64,000 bases of DNA. It comes from an uncultured Candidatus Peribacteria bacterium (GTDB taxonomy: Bacteria > Patescibacteriota > Gracilibacteria > UBA4473). Under the pieces are notes generated by a model that saw only the letters and a list, made by a program, of their open reading frames with translations, was not told the origin of the DNA and did not search any database. The translations under genes were made by a program, and so were the position numbers. This document shows positions 55,595 through 64,000 of the stretch, one piece after another; the stretch's first letter is position 1; every line of letters starts with the position of its first letter. Location of the stretch: assembly GCA_964526665.1 (NCBI GenBank), contig CAZGJL010000001.1, positions 61,298 through 125,297 on the forward strand, read 5' to 3'.

Positions 55595-55969
55595 CTAGTC
55601 TATGATTTTTAATATTCTCCCCCATTCCTCCTTGGGATAGGCGGACACCGCATCATAAAAGGATGCATTGCCCGCAAGGAAGGAGCTGAAGTCTTCCCAC
55701 TCTTCTTTCTTCGTGTCAGCCGGAATCTCGTAATAGTAAAGATCAACTCCGTCCGCCTCCATGTTCTTCCGCAGCAAGAGGATTTCTCCTTCTTCCAATT
55801 GGGCCAAAATTTCCGATAATGAAGGAATTTCTGTTTCCCTATCCCTGCGAAAAAACAGTTCCCGTAACAAGCTTCTTTGAAATGGCGAGGGGTCCGTGCG
55901 TCGCCAAAAAACAACTCTTTCTCTTCTCATAATGTGAATATTTTTATAAGAAAGTTCTCCTGAAAACAA
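55595..55969 (-). CDS. hypothetical protein (about 110-124 aa)
   Basis: ORF with no recognisable motif. The start is uncertain (an internal MRRERV is possible). Confidence 0.4.
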   Translation of the reverse strand: MFSGELSYKNIHIMRRERVVFWRRTDPSPFQRSLLRELFFRRDRETEIPSLSEILAQLEEGEILLLRKNMEADGVDLYYYEIPADTKKEEWEDFSSFLAGNASFYDAVSAYPKEEWGRILKIID

Positions 55970-56138
55970 AAAGATCTTGGTCGAACCAAGGATCTTTCCT
56001 TTTGGGGAACCTCCTTGGTTACATGCTCCCTTTTTAGAGAGTTTTTATTTTTTGTCAACCAGTAATCTGCCCCCGGGATACCCGTCGTTCATACTCACTC
56101 CTTCGCCCTCATGTCGACTCTTTTTGTGTTTCTTCTCT

Positions 56139-56681
56139 CTACCTGCTCGCTTTTCTGTAAAGCTGCAAAAACACTTCTTTTGAAAGCTTGTGTTCTTTGA
56201 GTTCTTCTTCTATTTGGTCTCGCGCTGCCCCCTGTGCAATTCTTTCTTTTATCCACTCCGCTAGCTGCTCTTCATATCCGCTTTGTAAAACGATTCCGTG
56301 AGACTGCCTGCTGCCGTCTGTGGACCCCATTTTCCATATCGCCCAAACGTTAGCAGGGGGAACAAGCTGGAGATAGGCAAGATAGCTGGGTTTCCCGCAA
56401 TAACTAGCCACTCTCACCCAGAAGAAAAGTTTAAATGCCACGAATACAATGAATAGAGGGCCAATGGGATTCTCGGGGAAAAGGAAAAGCACCCCCACGG
56501 CAGAGGCAATTGCCGTTAACCAAAAAAGAAACCCCAGGCCTACCCGCCCGCCGAGGATTAAAATGTTACAAAAGGGGAAATACATAAAAATGCTGTCCGC
56601 TTTTAATCCAATCAATATTCTTATTGTGCCAAGCCAGTAAATCCCTCCCAAGATCCACCATATCCAATCCGTTCCTTCCAT
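56139..56681 (-). CDS. hypothetical membrane protein, tandem paralogue 1
   Basis: About 50% identity by eye to 56761..57342 (YWLGTIRILI, SIFMY.P, FWL.AIAS, YLAYLQL.P, WAIW.MGS, IAQG). Confidence 0.6.
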   Translation of the reverse strand: MEGTDWIWWILGGIYWLGTIRILIGLKADSIFMYFPFCNILILGGRVGLGFLFWLTAIASAVGVLFLFPENPIGPLFIVFVAFKLFFWVRVASYCGKPSYLAYLQLVPPANVWAIWKMGSTDGSRQSHGIVLQSGYEEQLAEWIKERIAQGAARDQIEEELKEHKLSKEVFLQLYRKASR

Positions 56682-56760
56682 TTTTTAATTTTTTATAAAA
56701 CAGTCGACACTCTTCCAACGATTCCTGCGGATTATACTTCCTTCTTCGCGCTCGTGTCCA

Positions 56761-57342
56761 CTATTTTTGTGTTTCTTCTGCCTCCTCTGTCGCTCTTTTA
56801 TAAAGCGCCAAAAACGCGGCTTCTGAAAGACTATAATCTTTGAGCTGTTCTCTCATTTTATTTTGTCCTACCCCTTGCGCGATGCTTTCCTTCATCCACT
56901 GCACCACCCTCACTTCATAATCTCTTCGCAAAACTTTCTCGTGACCGTGCTTCTCTCTAACGATTGAGCCCATTTCCCAAATTGCCCAAAGGTTAACAAT
57001 CGGAATAAGTTGAAGGTAGGCAAGATACGTTGGCTTTTTACAAAAATTTGCCACTCTTACCAAAAACAAAAGCGCAAACACTGCCCCAATAATGACTGGA
57101 CCCCAGGTGGTAGCGAATAAATTTGCCGGGAAAAGATAAACTATCCCCAAAGAGGAGGCGATTGCTATTAGCCAAAAAATAATCCCAAACCCCGCCCTTC
57201 TCCCGAGCATCAAAAGGTTAAAAAGAGGAAGATACATAAAAATACTACTTGCCCCTAGATTAATCAATATTCTAATGGTCCCCAGCCAATAAATCCCCAC
57301 TATCGCGATCACTCCCCACGATATACATTGTGTTGTTTCCAT
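56761..57342 (-). CDS. hypothetical membrane protein, tandem paralogue 2
   Basis: See paralogue 1. It has the same TM layout and the same C-terminal amphipathic helix. Confidence 0.6.
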   Translation of the reverse strand: METTQCISWGVIAIVGIYWLGTIRILINLGASSIFMYLPLFNLLMLGRRAGFGIIFWLIAIASSLGIVYLFPANLFATTWGPVIIGAVFALLFLVRVANFCKKPTYLAYLQLIPIVNLWAIWEMGSIVREKHGHEKVLRRDYEVRVVQWMKESIAQGVGQNKMREQLKDYSLSEAAFLALYKRATEEAEETQK

Positions 57343-57357
57343 TTTTTATTGTATTAA

Positions 57358-58212
57358 TTATAAAACAATAGACATTCTCCCTAGTGACTCTTGTGGTTCG
57401 TATTTTGACTTCAGTTGTTCAAAACACTCCCGTACCAATTCCTCCGAGTCGTCGTCTCCTTTTTCTGCTCTATCAAAAGCATTTTTTGGACACTTAAAAG
57501 GAATAACTCCTGACAAACATTCGCGAGCAATAATCTCTTTTGCTTGATCGAAATGAATGTCGTAAATATGTGCGTTAGATATTGAAATCGTGAGAAACCC
57601 AACCCCGGCGCCCAGTTTTTCTGCGAGAAAATGCGCCAACAGAGCAAACCCCGCCGTATCATGCGGGTTCCCGAGCATCATGTCATTTGATCGAATCACC
57701 AGATGAAGATGCAGCTTCCCTCCAATAATTTGTACCGTAAAAGTATATGGGCACGGAACATTCTTCTTTTTTGTTCCGCTTGATAATCCGTCATCTGCCG
57801 GATCCCACATAAGGATTACTCCGTGTCGAGAGCTTGGGTCTTTGGACAAAAGTTGTACCAATCCGTCCACTTGATCGCGACCAAAGTGCTTCCTCCATCT
57901 ATATCCATACGCCGACTCCACGCAGTTGTTTTCTTCTGCAAAGTCATCCCATATTTTTGTGAATTTCTGCAAAAACTCAAGGTTCTTTCCTCCCATAAGA
58001 AACCATACTTGTTCGGCAATAAAAACTTTTAACGGGATTTTTCTTAGAGTAAGCAAGGGAAATCCTTTCGCTAAATCAAACTTCATCGTCATCCCCGGAA
58101 GAGATTTACACACGTGTCCCGTGCGCTCGTTCACCTCTTCAAAGCCATGCTCCATGATCTCTCTAAGCAATTTCTGATACTGCACATCAAATTGATTTTT
58201 CATCATCCTCAT
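57358..58212 (-). CDS. thymidylate-synthase-family (ThyA-fold) pyrimidine-nucleotide C5-transferase with Asp at the base-specificity position
   Basis: Aligns without gaps to E. coli ThyA from Cys146 to Asn177: VPCPYTFTVQIIGGKLHLHLVIRSNDMMLGNPHD versus [47 protein letters not shown] and AHIY are conserved. Start is at M10 or M13 of the ORF. Confidence 0.85.
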   Translation of the reverse strand: MRMMKNQFDVQYQKLLREIMEHGFEEVNERTGHVCKSLPGMTMKFDLAKGFPLLTLRKIPLKVFIAEQVWFLMGGKNLEFLQKFTKIWDDFAEENNCVESAYGYRWRKHFGRDQVDGLVQLLSKDPSSRHGVILMWDPADDGLSSGTKKKNVPCPYTFTVQIIGGKLHLHLVIRSNDMMLGNPHDTAGFALLAHFLAEKLGAGVGFLTISISNAHIYDIHFDQAKEIIARECLSGVIPFKCPKNAFDRAEKGDDDSEELVRECFEQLKSKYEPQESLGRMSIVL

Positions 58213-58232
58213 TTTGACGTAGAATCCTGGCG

Positions 58233-58442
58233 ATGACAACTCAAAAAATCACCGGAGACGAAACAATTGGAGAAATCATGATGATGAAGTCCTCTGCGGG
58301 AGAAATCCTTTTTGATGCGGGCCTTGGGTGTGCCATGTGCCCCCATGCACAAGTGGAAAGCCTAAAGGAGGGGTGTATGGCCCACGGATTTGATGACGAA
58401 GAAACAACATGCCTTATTCATGACCTTAATAACGCCGAATGA
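58233..58442 (+). CDS. DUF1858-type small redox-disulfide-domain protein
   Basis: ITGDETIGEIM...FDAGLGCAMCPHAQVESLKEGCMAHGFDDEE matches the hybrid-cluster-protein-associated redox disulfide domain pattern (Gm.C.gCp......E.l.eA...HG.d). Confidence 0.65.
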   Translation: MTTQKITGDETIGEIMMMKSSAGEILFDAGLGCAMCPHAQVESLKEGCMAHGFDDEETTCLIHDLNNAE

Positions 58443-59644
58443 AAACAATCTTCCTCGCCGCCGGGAAAAGCAGTCGCATGGAGCCCCTTTCTGATAAAAA
58501 TTTTTTAGAGTTTTGTGGCGAACCTCTTCTTATAAAATTACTGAAAAACGCCGAAAATGGTGGGCTTAAAAATTTCATAATTGTTGCAAACAAGGAAAAT
58601 AGAGAAAAAATTGAAAACACCTTGCAAAAATTTTCTTTTACGGCTGATGTAGTGATTCAAGAGGAACAAAAAGAGGGAATGGCGGGAGGCGTTTTGACGG
58701 GATTGCAAGCATGTGACCCCGAGGAAGAAGTGGTTTTGCTTGGAGGAAATGACGCAATTGACCCCGCTATTTATAAAGAGCTCTTAAGTGTTGGGGGAAA
58801 GGCTGATGGTGCTCTTGTAGCAAAATCCATTGATAAATATTTCCCGGGTGGGTATTTGCAAATAACTGGTAAAAAAATAACGACAATAATTGAGAAACCC
58901 GGAGAAGGAAATGAGACATCGAGTTTGGTGAATATTGTTGCCCATTATTTTAAAAAATGTGGAGACCTAAAAGGAAAACTGATCGCTCTTGATCTTTTGA
59001 AGTCTGGGGACGCATATGAACAAGCACTCCAGGTGTTGCTTGAAACGCGAGAGTTTCATGTGGTTGAGTATGCTGGTGAATGGCACGCAATAAAGTACCC
59101 ACATCATGTTTTAGAAATGCAGGAGTATTGGCTCTCCCTGCTGCCAAAAGAAAACGAGATTCATCCCTCTGTTGTAATTTCTGACACGGCGCGTATTCAT
59201 GGTGAGCAAGTATATATAAAAGAGGGGGTTAAGATTTTTGATAACGCGGTTGTGTGTGGCCCCTGTTTTATAGGGAAAAATTCTGTTATCGGAAACAACG
59301 CCCTTGTTCGTGAATCAAATATTGGGGAAAAAAACGAAATTGGGTTTTGCAGTGAGATTGCAAGAAGTTTTTTGTCTCAAGGCGCGTCGGCACATCACGC
59401 GTACATTGGAGACTCTATTATTGATAAAAATGTAAATTTTGGAGCATTTTCTTGTACCGCAAACCTCCGGTTGGACAAAAAAGATGTAAAATATCTCATA
59501 AAAGAAGAGCGTGTAAGCTCCGGGAGAACGAAGCTGGGGGCTATTATCGGAGAAGGTTCGCAGATAGGAATTCATGCGATGTTAATGCCTGGGTGCAAGA
59601 TTGACGCAAATAGTTTTATAGCGCCAGGAGTTGTTCAAAAGTGA
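58439..59644 (+). CDS. sugar-phosphate nucleotidyltransferase with C-terminal left-handed beta-helix (GlmU/GMPP-like)
   Basis: MKTIFLAAGKSSRM is the NTP-transferase G-loop. Hexapeptide repeats occupy the last 150 aa. Start overlaps the upstream stop (ATGA). Confidence 0.8.
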   Translation: MKTIFLAAGKSSRMEPLSDKNFLEFCGEPLLIKLLKNAENGGLKNFIIVANKENREKIENTLQKFSFTADVVIQEEQKEGMAGGVLTGLQACDPEEEVVLLGGNDAIDPAIYKELLSVGGKADGALVAKSIDKYFPGGYLQITGKKITTIIEKPGEGNETSSLVNIVAHYFKKCGDLKGKLIALDLLKSGDAYEQALQVLLETREFHVVEYAGEWHAIKYPHHVLEMQEYWLSLLPKENEIHPSVVISDTARIHGEQVYIKEGVKIFDNAVVCGPCFIGKNSVIGNNALVRESNIGEKNEIGFCSEIARSFLSQGASAHHAYIGDSIIDKNVNFGAFSCTANLRLDKKDVKYLIKEERVSSGRTKLGAIIGEGSQIGIHAMLMPGCKIDANSFIAPGVVQK

Positions 59645-60115
59645 TGAGTTTTGCTCTTTTTGTAATAAAAAAAGAAAACACATATTCACATAAAAGTTTT
59701 ATTTTTAATGAAATTGTTTTTTACAACGAGGTGGTATTATTTTTTAATAAACCATAAAAAGAATTATTTATTAACCTTGTTCACACAAGTTTTCCACAAT
59801 TTTAAAACTTACACAGAAACTTTTTTCATTTCATATTTTATTAGCTCTATATATAGAAAAACTAAGAATACTTTTTTTAATAATTTATTAAATTTATCCA
59901 TTTTTATACTTCACAAATAATAAGTAAAACTACTCCTTTCGCTTTAATTAAATATTTCTACATCTTTTCTCTAATATTAACTATTTATATATATTAATTA
60001 ATAACTAATAAAGTAAGAGAGGATTGTTGATTGTTTTTTATTCTTTAAAATTATTTTCTTACAAGAAACTTAGATATGAATATTTTTTACATATCAAAAA
60101 AAAGTCCAAAAAAAG

Positions 60116-60143
60116 TTGACGAACGATGTGAATTTCATAATAT
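60116..60143 (+). promoter_or_regulatory. candidate rpoC promoter TTGACG-16-TAATAT
   Basis: Hexamers read directly, about 120 nt upstream of the rpoC ATG. Confidence 0.35.
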
Positions 60144-60262
60144 CGCGAAGCAAATTAGCTTGATATACATTACATTCAAGCAATTCTCCGAAAAAAAAGG
60201 CGCCCCAGAGCGGATTTCGCCTTATTTGAGGACACTTCATTTTCTCTTTTTATTCACATTAT

Positions 60263-63200
60263 ATGAAGAAAGATTTTACACCGGCATTCGAGTCTGAAAA
60301 AGAATTTCACGCAATATCACTCTCTATAGCATCACCAGAAGACATACTTTCTTGGTCTCATGGAGAAGTAACAAAACCAGAAACAATTAATTATCGAACC
60401 CAAAAACCAGAAGCAGATGGTTTGTTTTGTGAAAAAATATTTGGACCAGTAAAAAATTGGGAATGTGCGTGTGGGAAATATAAACGAATTCGTTATAAAG
60501 GAATTGTGTGTGAGAAATGTGGAGTAGAGGTGATTCATTCTTCTGTTCGTCGTGAACGAATGGGACATATTAAATTAGCTGTTCCAGTAACTCATCCTTG
60601 GTTCTTGCGATCAACTCCATCAAAAATAGGACTTCTTTTGAATTTACCAGTTAGAAAACTAGAATTAGTGGTTTATTTTGCGGCATATATTGTTGTAGAA
60701 GTAGACGATGAAGCACAGGTAGAAGAAGTATTAAAACTAGAACAAGAATATAAGAAAATTATAGAAACACTAAAAGAAGAAAATGCCACGGCGATAAAAG
60801 CAGCGAAGTCGGCGGTGAAGAAAAATGAGATGTCAGAGAAAGAATATAGTGAATTTGAAGTAGAATTGGTACAAAAGCTAGAAGAAGTGTCTGAGAATTT
60901 CAAGCTAGCAAAAGAAGAGTTGAAAATAATTAAAGTTGGAGAAGTTCTTTCAGAAATTCAGTATAGAGAAATTTCTATGAAATTTGGACACGTGTTCCGC
61001 GCAGGAATTGGAGCAGATGCTATTCGTGAAATTATTCAACACATAAATCTTCCTAAATTTGTTGAGGAGTTGGTTGGAGAACTTAAAAATTCAACAGGGC
61101 AGAAACAGAAAAAATTAGTAAAACGAATCAAGTTAGTGAAATCACTAATAAAAAACAAAACAAAGCCAGAATGGATGATTATGACAGTTATTCCTGTTAT
61201 TTCTCCGGACCTACGTCCAATGGTTCAGCTAGACGGAGGGCGTTTCGCTACATCAGACTTAAATGATTTATATCGACGAGTTATTAATAGAAATGCTCGT
61301 TTGAAAAAATTAATACAACTTGGGGCACCAGAAATTATTTGTCGAAACGAAAAACGAATGCTTCAGGAAGCAGTTGATATTTTGATATCAAATTCTTCTC
61401 GATCAACTCGATCAGGGATGAATTACACACAACGAAGAAAACTAAAATCGTTGTCAGATATGTTGAAGGGAAAACAGGGGCGTTTTCGCCAAAACCTTCT
61501 TGGAAAACGTGTAGATTACTCAGGACGATCAGTAATTGTAGTAGGACCAACGCTAGAACTTAATGAATGTGGTTTGCCGAAAAAAATTACCCTTGAGCTT
61601 TTTAAGCCATTCGTAATCGCAAAACTTATTGAATTCGAATTAGCGTTCAATGTGAAATCAGCAGAAAAGATGATTCGAGAAGGAGAATCGGTGGTATGGG
61701 ACATATTAGCGGAAGTAATTGAGGGGAAATATGTGCTCTTGAATCGTGCTCCGACATTGCACCGACTAGGAATACAGGCCTTTCGTCCACGTCTTGTGGA
61801 AGGAAAAGCAATCCGATTACATCCATTGGTGTGTGCAGCATATAATGCGGACTTCGATGGTGATCAAATGGCAGTATATCTTCCGCTTTCAAAACTGGCA
61901 CAGGAAGAGGCTCGCGACATTATGTGTTCGTCAAAAAACCTTCTCAAGCCTTCTTCGGGAGACCCAATTATTAATCCCTCACAAGACATGGTGTTGGGGT
62001 GTTACTTTTTGACACAGGAATTTGAAGGGAAACCAGGAAGCGGGAAATCCTTTGTGTCGGCAGAAGAAGCAATTTTGGCATATGATGCAGGGAAAATACA
62101 CCTACAAGCCCCTATTAAAGCTCGTACAGAAAACGGAACATTGGACACAACGGTAGGGCGATTAATTTTCAACGAAATTATTCCATCAGAAATTGGGTAT
62201 CAAAACAAATCGTTTGGGAAAAAAGAGCTCAGTACTCTTTTGGCAGAAACATTCTTGAAATCAACAGTAGAGGCTACAGCAAAATTAGCAGATGATATTA
62301 AAGATCTTGGATTTGAATTTGCAACAAAATCAGGGATTTCAATTTCAGCATTTGACCTGTTGGAGTCACCCAAGCGAGATATTGTAATCGACGATGCGAA
62401 TAAACTTATTTTAACAATTAATAAACACTATCAGCGGGGTCTTTCTACTGACGATGAGCGATATAACAACACGATTAAGCTTTGGTCACGAGTGAAAGTA
62501 GAAGTAACAGAAGAAATGATTCTGCAATATGGACCAGAAAACGATATTTTTTATCAGATTAATTCCGGTGCGCGTGGTAACTGGGGACAGGTGACGCAAA
62601 TCGCGGGAATGAAAGGATTGGTATCAAGTCCATCAGGACGAACAATTGAGCTTCCAATTCGATCAAACCTAAAAAGAGGGTTCTCAATTCTTGAATACTT
62701 CAATGCGACGCATGGTGGACGTAAAGGAAAATCAGATACAGCGCTGAAAACAGCGGAGGCGGGATATCTTACCCGACGACTCGTTGACTCAGGACAAGAC
62801 GTGGTAGTACACGAAGAAGACTGCGGAACAGATATCGGGAAAACTATTTCTCGCGCAGATTCCGCAAGACTAGGAATGGATTTCGAGAGACGTATTCGCG
62901 GACGAGCACTTTTGGAAGACGTAAAAGCAAAAGGAAAAGTTCTTCTCAAAAAAGGATCAATTCTTACAAGAGAGGCAATAGATGTTTTAGCAGAAAAACA
63001 AATAGAAGAGGTAACAGTTCGATCAGTAATGTACTGTCGAACGAGAAACGGAGTATGTCAGAAATGTTATGGATACGATCTAGGAAACAATAAAGTGGTA
63101 GCGTTTGGAACGCCCGTGGGGATTATTGCGGCTCAATCAATTGGTGAGCCAGGAACGCAGCTAACGATGCGTACTTTCCACATGGGAGGAGTTGCCACGG

Positions 63201-64000
63201 AGGGGCTATCAATGACACAGGGACTGTCTCGTGTGGAAGAACTTCTCGAGGCTCGTTCTCCATCGAATCCAGCACTTCTATCAGAAATTTCAGGAAAAGT
63301 TTCCGTTAAGAAAGGGAGAAATGATTCAAAAATTACCATCGACGCAGAAAAAGCAGAAGACGATGAGTATCGATTGCAATACGAGATGGAAGCCGTGGTG
63401 GAAAAGGGAGACATCATAAAAGAACGCCAAGTGATCGCTCGTTCAACAGAAACAAAAGACACGATCCGAGCACGATGTGCGGGGAAGGTGCTTTCTACAA
63501 ACGACGGGATTCTTATTGTTCGACAAGATGAGGCCGCAAAAAAACAATATACTATTTCTTCTCGATCAACAATATTGGTTCATGACGGAGACAGCGTGAA
63601 AAAAGGAGACCTTCTTACGAACGGACACATCGATCTTCGTCAGCTAATGGATCTTACTTCGATTGAAAAAGCTCAAGCATACATACTCCATGAGGTGCAG
63701 GACATTTACGCATCACAAGGACAAGATATTGACGAGAAACACATTGAGATTATCGTAAAACAAATGGCATCGAAGGTTCGTGTTATTGACTCGGGGGACT
63801 CAGACTGGGTTATTGGAGAAATCCATGATGTTATCGAGTGTGAAAGAGAAAACATTGGGTTGCGAAAAAAGAAAAAGAAAGAAGTTCGAGTCGAGCGTCT
63901 CTTGTTGGGACTAACTCGTATTGCGCTATGGACAGACTCATGGCTCAGTGCGGCATCTTTCCAGGAGACAATTCGTGCTCTTGTAAACGCTTCTGTTGAG
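60263..64000 (+). CDS. rpoC: DNA-directed RNA polymerase subunit beta' (N-terminal 1246 aa; 3' end lies outside the window)
   Basis: Manual translation is open from ATG 60263 to the window end. It shows the zinc finger [52 protein letters not shown] (catalytic), and [13 protein letters not shown]. It is absent from the ORF track only because no stop lies in the window. Confidence 0.97.
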   Translation, partial: MKKDFTPAFESEKEFHAISLSIASPEDILSWSHGEVTKPETINYRTQKPEADGLFCEKIFGPVKNWECACGKYKRIRYKGIVCEKCGVEVIHSSVRRERMGHIKLAVPVTHPWFLRSTPSKIGLLLNLPVRKLELVVYFAAYIVVEVDDEAQVEEVLKLEQEYKKIIETLKEENATAIKAAKSAVKKNEMSEKEYSEFEVELVQKLEEVSENFKLAKEELKIIKVGEVLSEIQYREISMKFGHVFRAGIGADAIREIIQHINLPKFVEELVGELKNSTGQKQKKLVKRIKLVKSLIKNKTKPEWMIMTVIPVISPDLRPMVQLDGGRFATSDLNDLYRRVINRNARLKKLIQLGAPEIICRNEKRMLQEAVDILISNSSRSTRSGMNYTQRRKLKSLSDMLKGKQGRFRQNLLGKRVDYSGRSVIVVGPTLELNECGLPKKITLELFKPFVIAKLIEFELAFNVKSAEKMIREGESVVWDILAEVIEGKYVLLNRAPTLHRLGIQAFRPRLVEGKAIRLHPLVCAAYNADFDGDQMAVYLPLSKLAQEEARDIMCSSKNLLKPSSGDPIINPSQDMVLGCYFLTQEFEGKPGSGKSFVSAEEAILAYDAGKIHLQAPIKARTENGTLDTTVGRLIFNEIIPSEIGYQNKSFGKKELSTLLAETFLKSTVEATAKLADDIKDLGFEFATKSGISISAFDLLESPKRDIVIDDANKLILTINKHYQRGLSTDDERYNNTIKLWSRVKVEVTEEMILQYGPENDIFYQINSGARGNWGQVTQIAGMKGLVSSPSGRTIELPIRSNLKRGFSILEYFNATHGGRKGKSDTALKTAEAGYLTRRLVDSGQDVVVHEEDCGTDIGKTISRADSARLGMDFERRIRGRALLEDVKAKGKVLLKKGSILTREAIDVLAEKQIEEVTVRSVMYCRTRNGVCQKCYGYDLGNNKVVAFGTPVGIIAAQSIGEPGTQLTMRTFHMGGVATEGLSMTQGLSRVEELLEARSPSNPALLSEISGKVSVKKGRNDSKITIDAEKAEDDEYRLQYEMEAVVEKGDIIKERQVIARSTETKDTIRARCAGKVLSTNDGILIVRQDEAAKKQYTISSRSTILVHDGDSVKKGDLLTNGHIDLRQLMDLTSIEKAQAYILHEVQDIYASQGQDIDEKHIEIIVKQMASKVRVIDSGDSDWVIGEIHDVIECERENIGLRKKKKKEVRVERLLLGLTRIALWTDSWLSAASFQETIRALVNASVE

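Noticed and set aside
59708-60297. ORFs 59708..59920 and 60076..60297 in the AT-rich tract upstream of rpoC.
   Set aside because: Their translations are Phe/Ile/Asn/Lys/Tyr-rich products of about 20% GC DNA. The second also overlaps the rpoC start in another frame. There is no coding signal.
60263-64000. rpoC is absent from the ORF track, which raised the suspicion of stop-codon recoding (for example UGA=Gly as in Gracilibacteria/SR1).
   Set aside because: Manual translation shows an uninterrupted frame. The ORF is simply not closed by a stop inside the window. TGA terminates full-length conserved genes, for example the RND pump at 10625..10627 and the DUF1858 gene at 58440..58442. The standard code fits.

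Overview
The window is a moderately AT-rich bacterial chromosome segment that uses the standard genetic code. TGA, TAA and TAG all close full-length conserved genes. Gene content suggests a small-genome uncultivated lineage (CPR/Patescibacteria-like), but that is inference only: many short orphan proteins, few Shine-Dalgarno sites, an orphan response regulator and a stand-alone TraD/VirD4-like ATPase.

Most of the window is housekeeping:
- Energy, transport and translation: V/A-type ATPase A (3' part), hisS, a rhomboid protease, an RND efflux pair, tRNA-Thr, rfbB, valS, metG.
- DNA repair and stress: radA, comM/yifB, lexA-recA, sodA/B, cspA, mscS, trxB.
- Metabolism: pgi, purL-purQ, a deoxypyrimidine cluster (dCMP deaminase, dUTPase/Dcd-like, RibD_C/DHFR-like, ThyA-like), and a sugar nucleotidyltransferase.
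- rpoC runs open off the 3' end, which is why it is missing from the ORF track.

The accessory region is a roughly 9.7 kb, visibly lower-GC island inserted at the 3' end of tRNA-Asn (about 27.4-37.1 kb). It carries a large serine recombinase, a filamentous-phage gpII-like rolling-circle Rep, a MazF-like toxin pair, two uncharacterised co-operonic genes, a BcgI-like fused endonuclease-methyltransferase with its S subunit, and Mrr.

The most unusual observations are:
1. A histidine-phosphatase (RHG...H) domain embedded in ValRS.
2. A ThyA homologue carrying Asp at the Asn position that sets uracil versus cytosine specificity. It sits near a Dcd/Dut-fold protein that lacks the deaminase Glu.
3. 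A 100-aa protein with an SSB-type C-terminal ...EDLPF tip upstream of radA.
4. A 0.6 kb extremely AT-rich gene-free tract with DnaA-box-like 9-mers directly upstream of rpoC, with no rpoB.

All homology calls rest on motif recognition by eye. No searches were run.
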